Shown here one piece after another: positions 1-10,018 of a stretch of DNA of 64,000 nt. Each line of letters opens with the position of its first letter. The stretch's first letter is position 1. The notes under the pieces were generated by a model. It did not search any database. It saw only the letters and a program-made list of their open reading frames with translations, and was not told where the DNA came from. The stretch lies in the NCBI GenBank assembly GCA_963754315.1, contig CAVWFS010000014.1, positions 96,001-160,000 of the forward strand, written 5' to 3'. The position numbers and the translations under genes were made by a program. The DNA is from an uncultured Candidatus Rokubacteria bacterium. GTDB taxonomy: Bacteria > Methylomirabilota > Methylomirabilia > Rokubacteriales > CSP1-6.

Positions 1-897
1 CTCGTCCACGTGGATCGGCTCGAGTGGCGCTACATTCCCGACCAGGCGACCGCCAGCTCGGCGCTCGAAGCGGGTGAGGTGGACTACTGGGAGAACATCC
101 CGCTCGACTTCGTGCCGCGCTTGGAGAAGAACCCCGGTGTCACCGTGTTCGTCACGGACCCGCGCGGCAGTCAAGGCTGCCTCCGGCCGAACCATCTGCA
201 CCCGCCCTTCAACAACAAGAAGGCGCGGCAAGCGCTCCTGTACATGGTTGACCAGAAGACGTACCTCGAGGCCGTCATCGGCAGCGCCAAGTACTTCCAG
301 GCGTGCCCGGCCGTGTTCATGTGTGGCGGAACGCCTTTCGAGACAGCCGTGGGTGCGCCGAAGCAGGACCTCGAGCGGGCCCGCCAGCTCCTCAAGGAGT
401 CGGGCTACGACGGCCGACCCCTCGTGATCCTCGATCCCACGGACTCGCCCTACGCCCACGCTCCGGCCCTGGTGACGGCCGAGCTGCTCCGGAAGATCGG
501 AGCCACCGTGGACATCCAGGCCATGGACTGGTCCACCATGGTGGCCCGCCGCGCCAAGAAGGAGCCTGTCGGCCAGGGCGGGTGGAACGTTTTCCACACG
601 TGGGCGACCGGCCTCGACGTGGTCACCCCCGCGGTCAACGCCTGGATCGGCGGAGCCGGCGAGAAGGCGTGGTTCGGCTGGCCCACCATCCCCGAGATGG
701 AGAAGCTTCGGGCGGAATTCACTCGCACGCCCGAGGCCAGCAAGCAGAAGCAAATCGTCGAGCAGATCCAGAAGCTCACCTACGACGAGGTGCCCTACGT
801 GCCGTGGGGCCAGTTCGTCGTGCCCAACGCCTTCCGCAAGAACGTGCAGGGCGTGCTTCAGTTCGGGGCCACACTCTTGTGGAACGTCTCGGTCTAG
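1..897 (+). CDS. ABC transporter substrate-binding protein, family 5 (peptide/nickel); 5'-partial
   Basis: Open frame from the window edge; SBP_bac_5 C-terminal motifs (NHLHPPFNNKKARQAL, WFGWP); paralog of the next gene. Confidence 0.9.
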   Translation, partial: LVHVDRLEWRYIPDQATASSALEAGEVDYWENIPLDFVPRLEKNPGVTVFVTDPRGSQGCLRPNHLHPPFNNKKARQALLYMVDQKTYLEAVIGSAKYFQACPAVFMCGGTPFETAVGAPKQDLERARQLLKESGYDGRPLVILDPTDSPYAHAPALVTAELLRKIGATVDIQAMDWSTMVARRAKKEPVGQGGWNVFHTWATGLDVVTPAVNAWIGGAGEKAWFGWPTIPEMEKLRAEFTRTPEASKQKQIVEQIQKLTYDEVPYVPWGQFVVPNAFRKNVQGVLQFGATLLWNVSV

Positions 898-922
898 GCT
901 CCCATCCGAGGAGGAGGCCACG

Positions 923-2515
923 ATGAACACGCTGACACGTCGTGCATTCGTCGCCGGCACCGCCGCGGTGGGGGCAGTGGCCGCGGGAGTCCCGTACGTC
1001 CACGCTCAGAAGCGGGGGGGAACCCTGCGTTTCGTGGCCCAGGCCGACCTCAAGATTCTCGACCCCGTGTGGACGACGGCCTACATCACCCGCAACCACA
1101 GCTACCTCGTCTACGACACCCTCTTCGCCACCGACGAGAAGCTCCAGGTGAAGCCGCAGATGGTCGAGCGGCACAGCGTGTCCAAGGACGGCATGAAGTA
1201 CACGTTCACCCTGCGCCCCGGTCTCAAGTGGCACGACGGCCAGGCCGTGGTGGCCGAGGACTGCGTGGAGTCGCTCAAGCGCTGGGGCAAGAAGGACCGC
1301 TTCGGTCGGCTCCTGTCCGCCCACACCGCGAAGATCGTGGCCAGCGACAAGCGGACCTTCACCTTGGAGCTGGGGGAGAAATTCGGTCCGGTGCTGGAGG
1401 CCCTCGGCAAGCCATCGAGCAACACGCCATTCATGATGCCGGCGCGGCTGGCCTCCACCTCGCCCGACGAGCAGCTCAAGGAGATCGTCGGCTCCGGCCC
1501 CTTCCGGTTCGTCAAGGACGAGTGGCAGCCCGGTAACCAGGTCGTCTACGTCAAGAACCCCGACTACGCCCCGCGCCAGGAAGCCCCGAGCGGTGCGACC
1601 GGCGGCAAGGTCGTCCACGTGGAGAAGGTCGTCTGGCGCTACATCCCCGACCCGGCTACCGCGGCGGCGGCGCTGGCGGCGGGCGAGGTCGACTGGTGGG
1701 AGATCCCTCCGATCGATTTCATCCCGAAGATCGAGCAGACAGCGGCGCTGACGACGTTCCTGCCCGACCCCGGGGGGACCCAGGGCTGGCTCCGTCCGAA
1801 TCACCTCCAACCGCCCTTCAACAACAAGAAGGCGCGGCAGGCGCTGGTGGCGATGATGGACCAGAACACCTATCTGCAGGCCGGCATCGGCGCGGCCAAG
1901 TACTTTCGTCCCTGCCACTCCGTCTTCGCGTGCAACGGTCCCTACGCCTCTCAGGCGGGGAACGAGATGCTCGTCAAGCAGAACCTCGAGCGTGCCCGGT
2001 CGTTGGTGAAGGAGTCGGGCTACGACGGGCGGCCGGTCACGGTCATCCACGTGACCGACATCGCCTTTCTCAACGGCGCGGCCCTGGTCACCCGGGACCT
2101 CCTCACCCAGGTCGGCTTCAGCGTCGACCTCAAGGCCATGGACTGGTCCACCAACTTGGCCACCCGGGCCCGGAAGGAGCCGCCTGATAAGGGCGGCTGG
2201 AATGTGCTGCACACCTGGTGGATGGCTGCCGACGTCATGCACCCCGCGGTACACTTCGGCGTCTCCGGGGCTGGCCCCGGGGCGTGGTTCGGTTGGCCAG
2301 AAATCCCCCAGCTCGAACGGCTCATCACGGAATGGGTGCGCGCCAGTGATCAGCCTCGGCGCAAGCAGCTTGCCGACGAGATCCAGAAGGTTGCGCTCGA
2401 AGAAGTGGCCTACGTGCCGTGGGGCGAGTGGATGTCGCCCACCGCGCACCGCAAGAACGTGCAGGGCATCCTCAAGTTCATCGCCCCCCTCTTCTGGAAC
2501 GTGCAGATCACCTGA
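923..2515 (+). CDS. ABC transporter substrate-binding protein, family 5, Tat-exported
   Basis: Twin-arginine signal TRRAFVAG; LDPVWTTAYITRNH, YTFTLRPGLKWHDG, GSGPF motifs; GGAGG RBS. Confidence 0.92.
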   Translation: MNTLTRRAFVAGTAAVGAVAAGVPYVHAQKRGGTLRFVAQADLKILDPVWTTAYITRNHSYLVYDTLFATDEKLQVKPQMVERHSVSKDGMKYTFTLRPGLKWHDGQAVVAEDCVESLKRWGKKDRFGRLLSAHTAKIVASDKRTFTLELGEKFGPVLEALGKPSSNTPFMMPARLASTSPDEQLKEIVGSGPFRFVKDEWQPGNQVVYVKNPDYAPRQEAPSGATGGKVVHVEKVVWRYIPDPATAAAALAAGEVDWWEIPPIDFIPKIEQTAALTTFLPDPGGTQGWLRPNHLQPPFNNKKARQALVAMMDQNTYLQAGIGAAKYFRPCHSVFACNGPYASQAGNEMLVKQNLERARSLVKESGYDGRPVTVIHVTDIAFLNGAALVTRDLLTQVGFSVDLKAMDWSTNLATRARKEPPDKGGWNVLHTWWMAADVMHPAVHFGVSGAGPGAWFGWPEIPQLERLITEWVRASDQPRRKQLADEIQKVALEEVAYVPWGEWMSPTAHRKNVQGILKFIAPLFWNVQIT

Positions 2516-2518
2516 CCG

Positions 2519-3460
2519 ATGCTCGCGGAGATCCTCCGGCGGCTGATGGCCACCATCCCTGTGATGGCGGTGGTGGCCCTCGCCGTCTTTGGCCTCCTGC
2601 ACCTCACGCCGGGCGATCCCGCCGTCATCATTGCGGGTGACTATGCGACCACCGAGGACATCGCGCGCATCCGAACGAAGCTGGGCCTCGACAGGCCCTT
2701 CCTGACCCAGGTCGGCATCTGGCTCGGCCAGGTGTTTCGCGGCGACCTCGGCACCTCCATCTTCTCGGGCCTCCCGGTGACCAAGCTGATCGGCCAGCGG
2801 GCAGAGGTGACGATCGCCCTCACCCTGTACGCCATGCTCATCAGCGTGTTTGTAGGCGTGCCACTGGGAATCGTGGCGGCCTGGAAGCAGGGCTCGTGGC
2901 TCGACCGCGCCGTGATGATCCTCGCCGTCTCCGGCTTCTCCATGCCTGTCTTCTGGCTAGGTTTTCTGCTCGTCTACGTTTTCGCTATCTCCTTTGCTTG
3001 GCTGCCCGTACAGGGCTATGCCCCGCTGTCCGGTGGCCTCGCCGGCACGCTGCGACACCTGACCTTGCCCGCCGTGACCCTCTCCGTCGTCTACATGGCG
3101 CTCATCGCGCGCATGACACGGGCGAGCATGCTCGGCGTCCTCGGCGAGGACTATATCCGCACCGCCTTCGCCAAGGGCCTGGCGCCGCGCGGCGTGCTCG
3201 TGCGCCACGCCCTCAAGAACGCCTCGCTGCCCGTGGTGACGATCATCGGGATCGGATTCGCCCTCCTCATCGGCGGGGCCGTTGTCACCGAGAGCGTGTT
3301 CGCCCTGCCCGGTCTGGGCCGTCTCACTGTCGACGCCATCATCCGGCGCGACTACCCGGTCATTCAGGGAGTGATCCTTCTCGTCTCCGGTGTCTATGTG
3401 ATGATCAACCTCGTCATCGACGTTCTCTACGTGGCCCTCGACCCCCGCATTAGGTACTGA
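2519..3460 (+). CDS. Peptide ABC transporter permease (DppB/OppB family)
   Basis: PGDPA, GDLGTS, EDYIRTAFAKGL, RDYPVIQG motifs. Confidence 0.93.
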   Translation: MLAEILRRLMATIPVMAVVALAVFGLLHLTPGDPAVIIAGDYATTEDIARIRTKLGLDRPFLTQVGIWLGQVFRGDLGTSIFSGLPVTKLIGQRAEVTIALTLYAMLISVFVGVPLGIVAAWKQGSWLDRAVMILAVSGFSMPVFWLGFLLVYVFAISFAWLPVQGYAPLSGGLAGTLRHLTLPAVTLSVVYMALIARMTRASMLGVLGEDYIRTAFAKGLAPRGVLVRHALKNASLPVVTIIGIGFALLIGGAVVTESVFALPGLGRLTVDAIIRRDYPVIQGVILLVSGVYVMINLVIDVLYVALDPRIRY

Positions 3461-3471
3461 GGCTCGGGCGC

Positions 3472-4356
3472 ATGGCCATCTCCTCGCCGGCCTCGTCGGA
3501 GCTCACGCTTCCGGTGACGGGGGCCCGTGCCAGTGCGGCCGTCCTCCTCCGCCGCGCCCTCACACGTCATCCCACCCTCATCGCGGGCGTGCTCGTGCTG
3601 TTGCTCGTCCTGATCGCTGCCGTCTTCGCCCCGGCGTGGTGGACCGGCGATCCCCAGGCGTTGCGTCCTGCCCAGCGCCTCCGCCCTCCCTCGGCCGAGC
3701 GCTGGTTCGGATCCGATCACTTCGGCCGGGATATCTACACGCGTACCCTCTACGGCACGCGCATCTCTCTCACCGTGGGCAGCGCCGTCTCCCTGCTGAG
3801 TCTCGGCCTCGGGACCAGCCTCGGCCTCGTCATCGCGTTCTACCGGCGCCTGGACGCCGTCTGCATGCGAGTCATGGACGGCATCATGGCCATCCCGGCC
3901 ATTCTGCTGGCGCTCGCCCTGATGGCGCTCATGCGGGCCAGCGTGCGGAACGTGATCATCGCCCTCCTGATTCCCGAGATCCCGCGGGTCGTCCGCGTCG
4001 TGCGCTCGCTCGTTCTCTCCTTGCGCGAGACGGTCATGGTTGAGGGCGCGCGCGCCCTCGGCGTAGGCACGCCGCGTATCCTCGTCCGCTACATCCTGCC
4101 CGCCCTGGTGGCCCCGCTCCTCGTGCAGGCCACGTACATCTGCGCCTCGGCCATGCTCTTCGAGGCCTATCTGTCGTTCCTCGGCGCCGGCACGCCACCC
4201 CACATTCCGTCGTGGGGCAACATCATGGCCGAGGGCCGCGCCTACGTGCAGCTCGCCTTCTGGATCATCCTCTTCCCGGGGCTGTTCCTGGCCCTGACGG
4301 TCCTCTCGGTCAACCTGGTGGGCGACGGGCTCCGCGACCTTCTCAAGGTGCGGTAG
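3472..4356 (+). CDS. Peptide ABC transporter permease (DppC/OppC family)
   Basis: FGSDHFGRDI, LSFLGAG, SWGNIM, NLVGDGLRD motifs. Confidence 0.93.
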   Translation: MAISSPASSELTLPVTGARASAAVLLRRALTRHPTLIAGVLVLLLVLIAAVFAPAWWTGDPQALRPAQRLRPPSAERWFGSDHFGRDIYTRTLYGTRISLTVGSAVSLLSLGLGTSLGLVIAFYRRLDAVCMRVMDGIMAIPAILLALALMALMRASVRNVIIALLIPEIPRVVRVVRSLVLSLRETVMVEGARALGVGTPRILVRYILPALVAPLLVQATYICASAMLFEAYLSFLGAGTPPHIPSWGNIMAEGRAYVQLAFWIILFPGLFLALTVLSVNLVGDGLRDLLKVR

Positions 4357-4392
4357 TATTTCTCTACTTCGGGCGAGGGAGGAGGCGTTCAT

Positions 4393-5181
4393 ATGATCAT
4401 CCGGAAAGATCCGAGTGGCGCCCTGACCCTGATCGGCCAGACCGATCATTCGCGCTTCGTGGGGCAGTTGGCCGCCCACTGGGGGAATCGGGACTTCGAA
4501 GCCCCGAAGCCCTACGACTCTGTCGTCCGCGCCGCGACGTTCCACGATTACGGCTGGCTCCGTTACGAAACCAGTCCGCTGATCGACGCCCAGAGCGGCG
4601 AGCCCTATCCGTTCCTCCAGGTGCCCATGACCGCTCAGCAACTCGGTGCCTACCAGTGGTCGCTCGACTGGATGGCCGACATCGATCCATACTCCGGGCT
4701 CGTCGTCAGCATGCATCGCACCGGGCTCTGGCAGAGTCGGTACGGAACGATCAAGCACCCCGCGGGACGGTATAACCTCAGCAAACTCAGCCCCGAGGTC
4801 CAGGCGCTCATCACGCACAACGAGGCGTGGCAGCAGCGGCAACGGGCCACGCTGGACGCCAAGGGCGTATGGACGAACTATCGCCTCATGCAGGTGTGGG
4901 ATCTCCTCGGCCTCTACTTCTGCTGTCAGGAGCCCTACGACGACTACATCGAGCCCGTGCCCCAGAGCTACGCCGGCGCCGACGATGAGGGCGTGCGGCT
5001 GACCTTGAAGCCGGTTGCTCCGCGGCGCATCGCTTGTGAGCCGTATCCGTTCGACGTCCGTCCCTGTCGGGTTCAGCTCGCCTTCAGGACCGTCCCCCGC
5101 TCGACCTTCGAGGATGTGGAGACCTTCCGGCGCGCCTGGTTTCAGGCCGAGGTCGGCCTCTTCGAGTTCGAGCTGGTGTAG
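4393..5181 (+). CDS. DUF3891 family protein
   Basis: MIIR..Q.DH, HWGN, HDYGW, VSMH motifs; strong RBS. Confidence 0.75.
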   Translation: MIIRKDPSGALTLIGQTDHSRFVGQLAAHWGNRDFEAPKPYDSVVRAATFHDYGWLRYETSPLIDAQSGEPYPFLQVPMTAQQLGAYQWSLDWMADIDPYSGLVVSMHRTGLWQSRYGTIKHPAGRYNLSKLSPEVQALITHNEAWQQRQRATLDAKGVWTNYRLMQVWDLLGLYFCCQEPYDDYIEPVPQSYAGADDEGVRLTLKPVAPRRIACEPYPFDVRPCRVQLAFRTVPRSTFEDVETFRRAWFQAEVGLFEFELV

Positions 5182-5300
5182 GAGCTGTTGACTCCCAACG
5201 AGCCGAGGCCTACCTTTGAGGCCTCAGTTCGCGCATCGGACCCCAGGCGGAGAGTGTGTTCTAGGTTTAGGGAACTGCTCGGAACAAAAGGATGTGTGAT

Positions 5301-6911
5301 ATGAGGCATCCGCTGGCGACCGGGATGTCCGTCCTTGTGGTTGGTCTGCTTATAACCATGGCGCTCGCGACTGGCACCCCGGCGCAAGAGCAGCTCGGTC
5401 AGGTGCAGTTCAAGGTGTCGTGCACGGCCGAGGCGCAGCAGAAATTCAACCGTGCCATGGCCCTCTATCATTCGTTCGCCTGGAAGGCGGCGCAGCCTGC
5501 GTTCACCGAGATCACACAGCTGGATCCCAAGTGCGCCATGGCCTGGTGGGGCCTGGCGATGAACGCGGCCGAGAATCCTTTCGGCTGGCCGGTCGGTATG
5601 AAGCTGGCCGAGGGCGCTGAGGCTATCGAGAAGGCCAAGCAAGTGGGTGCCGGCACCGCTCGCGAGCGCGACTACATCGCCGCCCTCGAGGTTCTCTACC
5701 GTGATCATGCCTCCACGCCGCATCGACCCCGAGCGCTGGCGTACGAGGAGGCGATGGGAAAACTGGCCGAGCGTTACCCGGACGACGTCGAGGCCAGGAT
5801 TCTGTACGCGCTCTCGGTGAGTGGCAACCACGACCTCAACGACAAGACCTTCGCGCGGCCGCTCAAGGCGGCGGGCATGCTGGAGCCGCTTTTCGTTGCG
5901 CTCCCGCAGCACCCCGGCGTGGCGCACTACCTGATCCACAGCTACGACTACCCGCCCATCGCCCAGAAGGGTCTGGTGGCGGCGAAGCGCTACGCCCAGG
6001 TCGCACCCTCGGCGCCGCACGCGCAGCACATGCCTTCACACATCTTCACGCGTGTCGGGGCGTGGGACGACTCGATCGCCGCCAACCAGCGCAGCGTCCA
6101 GGCGGCGGTGGGTGATCCGCGCTACACGGCGCACGGCATGGACTACATGGTCTACGCCTACCTGCAGCTCGCCGATGACACTCGCGCGGCGAAGGTGTTT
6201 GCCGACGCCGGCACCGCCGTCCGTCCAGAGAAGGGCAAGGCGGGGTTTGCGGAGGCGTTCGGGCTGGCGGCGATGCCGGCCCGGCTCACGCTCGAGCGGG
6301 GCCGCTGGGCCGAGGCAGGGAAGATCGAGCTCCCGACCAACCTCTCGGAGGCGGACTGGAAGCGGTACCCGCAGGCGGAGTCGGTGCAGGCTTTCGCGAG
6401 GGCAATCGGTGCCGCGCGGAGCGGTGATCCGGCTGGTGCCCGGCGGGAAATCGAGCGTCTCGGCCAGCTGCAACGCGCGTTGGCCGAGCGGAAGCTGGGT
6501 TACTGGGCGGAGCAGAGTGAAGTCCAGGCGAAGGTGGCGACCGCATGGGCACTGCGGGCGGAAGGCAAGGACGCGCAGGCGCTCGCCGCGCTACGGGCAG
6601 CGGCCGACCACGAAGACCGGACCGAGAAGCACGTCGTGACGCCAGGCCCGATCCTCCCGGCCCGCGAATTGCTCGGTGATCTGCTCCTGGAGTTGAACCT
6701 GCCAGCCGAGGCCGTCGTGCAGTACGAGGCGTCGATCGCCAAAGAGCCGAGCCGCTTTCGCGGAGTGTACGGCGCGGGCCGCGCCGCGGAGCTCGCCGGC
6801 GACCGCGAGAAGGCGCGTAAGCACTATGGCCACCTGATCCATCAGGTCGGCGACGGCGGAGCCGAGCGCCCCGAGCTGCGGCAGGCGAAGGCCTTCATGG
6901 GGGCCCGATAA
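5301..6911 (+). CDS. Exported TPR-like hypothetical protein
   Basis: Signal peptide; helical repeats; HPGVAHYLIHSYD and HAQHMPSHIF motifs of a widespread TPR family; start 5292 or 5301. Confidence 0.75.
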   Translation: MRHPLATGMSVLVVGLLITMALATGTPAQEQLGQVQFKVSCTAEAQQKFNRAMALYHSFAWKAAQPAFTEITQLDPKCAMAWWGLAMNAAENPFGWPVGMKLAEGAEAIEKAKQVGAGTARERDYIAALEVLYRDHASTPHRPRALAYEEAMGKLAERYPDDVEARILYALSVSGNHDLNDKTFARPLKAAGMLEPLFVALPQHPGVAHYLIHSYDYPPIAQKGLVAAKRYAQVAPSAPHAQHMPSHIFTRVGAWDDSIAANQRSVQAAVGDPRYTAHGMDYMVYAYLQLADDTRAAKVFADAGTAVRPEKGKAGFAEAFGLAAMPARLTLERGRWAEAGKIELPTNLSEADWKRYPQAESVQAFARAIGAARSGDPAGARREIERLGQLQRALAERKLGYWAEQSEVQAKVATAWALRAEGKDAQALAALRAAADHEDRTEKHVVTPGPILPARELLGDLLLELNLPAEAVVQYEASIAKEPSRFRGVYGAGRAAELAGDREKARKHYGHLIHQVGDGGAERPELRQAKAFMGAR

Positions 6912-6916
6912 CGCGG

Positions 6917-7399
6917 ATGTCGAGGCGTCTCCGCCCCTGGTGGGTGGCCATCGCGCTCGCGACGGCCACCACCGGAGCGGCCCTGGCGCGCGAGGGAGCA
7001 GAAGAGGAAGCCGCCGCGCTCGACCCGAGCTACGCGGCGGCCAAGACCGCGATCAGCGAGCGGCGCTACCCGGAGGCGCTGCGGCTGCTCGGTGAAGCGC
7101 TGGTGCGGAATCCCCAGGACGCGGATACCCACAACCTGCTCGGGTACGCCTATCGGAAGGTCGGTGACCTCGAGCGCGCCTTCCACTACTATTCCGAAGC
7201 ACTGCGCCTGGATCCCGCGCACCGCGGCGCCCACGAATACATCGGCGAGGCCTATCTCATGGCGGGGAATCTCGCCAAGGCCGAGGACCATCTACGCGTG
7301 CTCGATCGTCTATGTCACTCCCCCTGCGAGGAGCGGGACGACCTCCGGAAGGCGATCGACGACTACAAGGCCACGCGCCGGACTGGATCGACGCGATGA
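6917..7399 (+). CDS. Small exported TPR protein
   Basis: Signal peptide; TPR repeats (HNLLGYAYRK, AHEYIGEAYL). Confidence 0.8.
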   Translation: MSRRLRPWWVAIALATATTGAALAREGAEEEAAALDPSYAAAKTAISERRYPEALRLLGEALVRNPQDADTHNLLGYAYRKVGDLERAFHYYSEALRLDPAHRGAHEYIGEAYLMAGNLAKAEDHLRVLDRLCHSPCEERDDLRKAIDDYKATRRTGSTR

Positions 7400-7574
7400 G
7401 CGGGCTTCACGCCCTGCCGCCCGATCGTCGCCGGGCGAAGGGCTGAGAACGGGCCCCCCGCCTGGAGCTCAGCTGGGACTAGGTCAAATGTTCTGGTTGA
7501 GGAGCGCCCAGAGCTCGACCGACTGCAAATGTCCGAGCGAGTCTGTGCGAGGCGCCCATTCAGCCGATCTGGCT

Positions 7575-7793
7575 TCAGTAGAGGAGAACGTCCGCGGGCA
7601 CGAGTCGGCGCTGGACCGGATCGACGGCCAAGCCGAGCTGCTCGAGCACGGTGAGGCCCAGCAGGGCCGAATCACCTGACTCACCGAACACAACGCGACA
7701 CGGGGCCGCGTCGTCGCTGACCGTCACGACCGCGTCGCCGACGTTCCGCTGCGCTCGCCGGCCATCGGCCAGCACCAAGGAGACCGTTCTCAC
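7575..7793 (-). pseudogene. C-terminal remnant of a clan AA aspartic protease-like protein
   Basis: LADGR and LLGLTVLEQLGLAVDP motifs present; N-terminal DTG catalytic motif absent; in-frame TAG immediately upstream. Confidence 0.6.
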
Positions 7794-7819
7794 CTACGTG
7801 GAGGAACGTCAAATAGCTG

Positions 7820-9232
7820 TCAGGACCCCTGGCGGGTCGCGGTCGGCCGGATGTTCTGGTTGAGGCGAAAGACGTTGTGGGGGTCGTAGCGGTCCTTGAG
7901 GGCCACCAGTCTCGCAAAGGCGGGACCGTAGGCCGTGCGCACCGCATCCTGACTCGCGTCGGCGCCGAGGTAGTTGACGTAGGCTCCGCCAGACATGAAA
8001 GGCCGCATGGCGTCTGACGTGCGCCGCGCCCACTGGATGTTCTTCTCAGCGTCCTCGGGCTGGAAACCACCCGCGATCACGATGAGGTCGAAGGGGGCCG
8101 CGCGATGAACGAACGCCGTCTGGTCAGCGGGAACGCGGCCCATGGCGCCACCCAAATGCTCGAGGTACACCCGCGAGAACGGCGACGGCGACGGGAAATC
8201 GCAATGGTCTAGGAACGTCTCCACGAAGACGGCTCCTCCGAACTGTGCTCCATCGAGATAGCCCGTCCTGTAGTACCAAGCGCCCGGCGGGTTCGTGGCA
8301 TCGAACGCGGTCTGCAACTCGGCGTATGGTATCGGACGCACGGTGTCGAGCAGCGGCCGCCCCAGCCGCCGGAGGGGCTCCACGATGCGCTCTCCTATCT
8401 CGATCCTCCCGCTGTAGCAGACGGCAAGGGCGATGACCGGCGTGCCATCGAACCATGTCGTCACCAAGGCGCCGACCACCAGCTCGTCGGGCGCGGTCAT
8501 CGTCACGTCGCGATATCGTTCGAGCACGTCCCGCCCTCGACGGAGAGGATGAAGAATCAGTCCGGCCAGGACGGTGTCGAGCGGGTGGAGATGGAACTCG
8601 AACGAGGTCACGATCCCGAAGTTTCCGCCGCCTCCGCGGAGGCCCCAGAAGAGATCCGGATGCTCATCGGCGCTGGCGCGGCGCTTCACCCCGTCGGCGG
8701 TGACCAGCTCCACCGCAGCCAGGTTGTCGCAGGCCAATCCGTGCTTGCGCATGAGCCAGCCGTGGCCGCCTCCCAAGGTGAGGCCGGCCACACCGGTCGA
8801 GGAGACGATGCCACCCGTGGTCGCCAGACCGTGGCGCAGGCTTGCGCTATCGACGTCCTTCCAGGTGGCGCCCGGCCCCACCACCACTCGGCGCCCTCGC
8901 GGATCGACGTGCGCTTCCCTCATGGGGGACAGGTCGATCATGAGACCGCCGTCGCACACGGCGTGGCCCGTCACGTTGTGACCGCCTCCCTTCACGGAGA
9001 TCAGGAGGTTGTGCTCGCGCGCGAAACGGACGGCCGTGACCACGTCGCCAACGGCGGCGCAACGGGCGATGAGGGCAGGTCTCCGGTCGATCATCCGATT
9101 CCAGACGGCGCGGGCGTCGGCGTACCCGTCGTCGGCGGGCAGGAGCAGAACACCGGTCAGACTCTTCGCGAAGGCACGGACGACGTGGTCCGGGAGCTCG
9201 ACGTGACCGCTCAGGGTGGTGGCCTGAATCAC
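7820..9232 (-). CDS. FAD-binding oxidoreductase (VAO/berberine-bridge family)
   Basis: KGGGHN FAD attachment motif, GLRGGGGNFGIVT, C-terminal YVNY..YDPHNVFRLNQNI. Confidence 0.92.
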   Translation of the reverse strand: MIQATTLSGHVELPDHVVRAFAKSLTGVLLLPADDGYADARAVWNRMIDRRPALIARCAAVGDVVTAVRFAREHNLLISVKGGGHNVTGHAVCDGGLMIDLSPMREAHVDPRGRRVVVGPGATWKDVDSASLRHGLATTGGIVSSTGVAGLTLGGGHGWLMRKHGLACDNLAAVELVTADGVKRRASADEHPDLFWGLRGGGGNFGIVTSFEFHLHPLDTVLAGLILHPLRRGRDVLERYRDVTMTAPDELVVGALVTTWFDGTPVIALAVCYSGRIEIGERIVEPLRRLGRPLLDTVRPIPYAELQTAFDATNPPGAWYYRTGYLDGAQFGGAVFVETFLDHCDFPSPSPFSRVYLEHLGGAMGRVPADQTAFVHRAAPFDLIVIAGGFQPEDAEKNIQWARRTSDAMRPFMSGGAYVNYLGADASQDAVRTAYGPAFARLVALKDRYDPHNVFRLNQNIRPTATRQGS

Positions 9233-9253
9233 GCGCGAGCCTCCCTTGACGCC

Positions 9254-9988
9254 TCAGGCCCGACGCTCGCCTCCGAGGGGGCGTCGAGTCTCATCACGAC
9301 TCGGGTAGATCACGCTCTCCGCGTGACGATACATCCAGTCGACCGCGTCGGGGGCGATGGCGTGGATCTCGGAGCCGGCGGCCACCGCCAGCAGGGTGGT
9401 CATGACGTTGCGGCGGACCTCCGACGTCAGCGTGTTGAGCCGGTGGTACGCCTCGGACACGGTGCGCCCGAGCGTGGTGACCCCGTGATTCTCCATGAGC
9501 ACGGAGTTGGTGTCGTGAATGAAATCACTCACCGGGCCCACGTCCTGTTCCACGTCCAGGTGCGAGGGGACGATGTGGGGCGGCTTGGCCATGACGTAAG
9601 GGAACTCGAGGGACACGATCCGGAGCTCCTTCAGGGCGCCCGAGGCCAGGAGGGCGATCGTCTCGTCGTGATGGACATGGATGACCGCGTGGATGTCGGG
9701 TCGCAGGCGCAGGATCTCCCGATTCAGGTTGTGCCCGACGCTGGTGGGCACGCTACCGTGCAGGAGCGTCGCGGTCGGGATGTCGGTGATGACCACGTTG
9801 TCGAGGGTCATCTCCTCCAGTGAGACTTCGGCGTGCTTGGTATAGGCCACGCCGTGGGCGAAATCGGGGTGCGGCACGCGGATGGCGAGATTGCCGAGCG
9901 AGTTGTGGACGTAGCCACGCGCCACCAGCATGCGCGCATAGCGCAGGAGCAACTGGCCGACCCCCTTGTCGAACCTCACGGTGGCCAT
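9254..9988 (-). CDS. Class II aldolase/adducin family protein (atypical)
   Basis: GNLAIR, AVIHVH and LMENHG metal motifs. Confidence 0.85.
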   Translation of the reverse strand: MATVRFDKGVGQLLLRYARMLVARGYVHNSLGNLAIRVPHPDFAHGVAYTKHAEVSLEEMTLDNVVITDIPTATLLHGSVPTSVGHNLNREILRLRPDIHAVIHVHHDETIALLASGALKELRIVSLEFPYVMAKPPHIVPSHLDVEQDVGPVSDFIHDTNSVLMENHGVTTLGRTVSEAYHRLNTLTSEVRRNVMTTLLAVAAGSEIHAIAPDAVDWMYRHAESVIYPSRDETRRPLGGERRA

Positions 9989-10018
9989 GGGGTACCCTCC
10001 TGCCGCCCGGCGGCTCCG

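Noticed and set aside
776..2602. Long antisense and alternative-frame ORFs (e.g. 776-2602, 9833-11584, 46280-47794)
   Set aside because: Shadows of real genes caused by high-GC codon bias; no recognisable motifs
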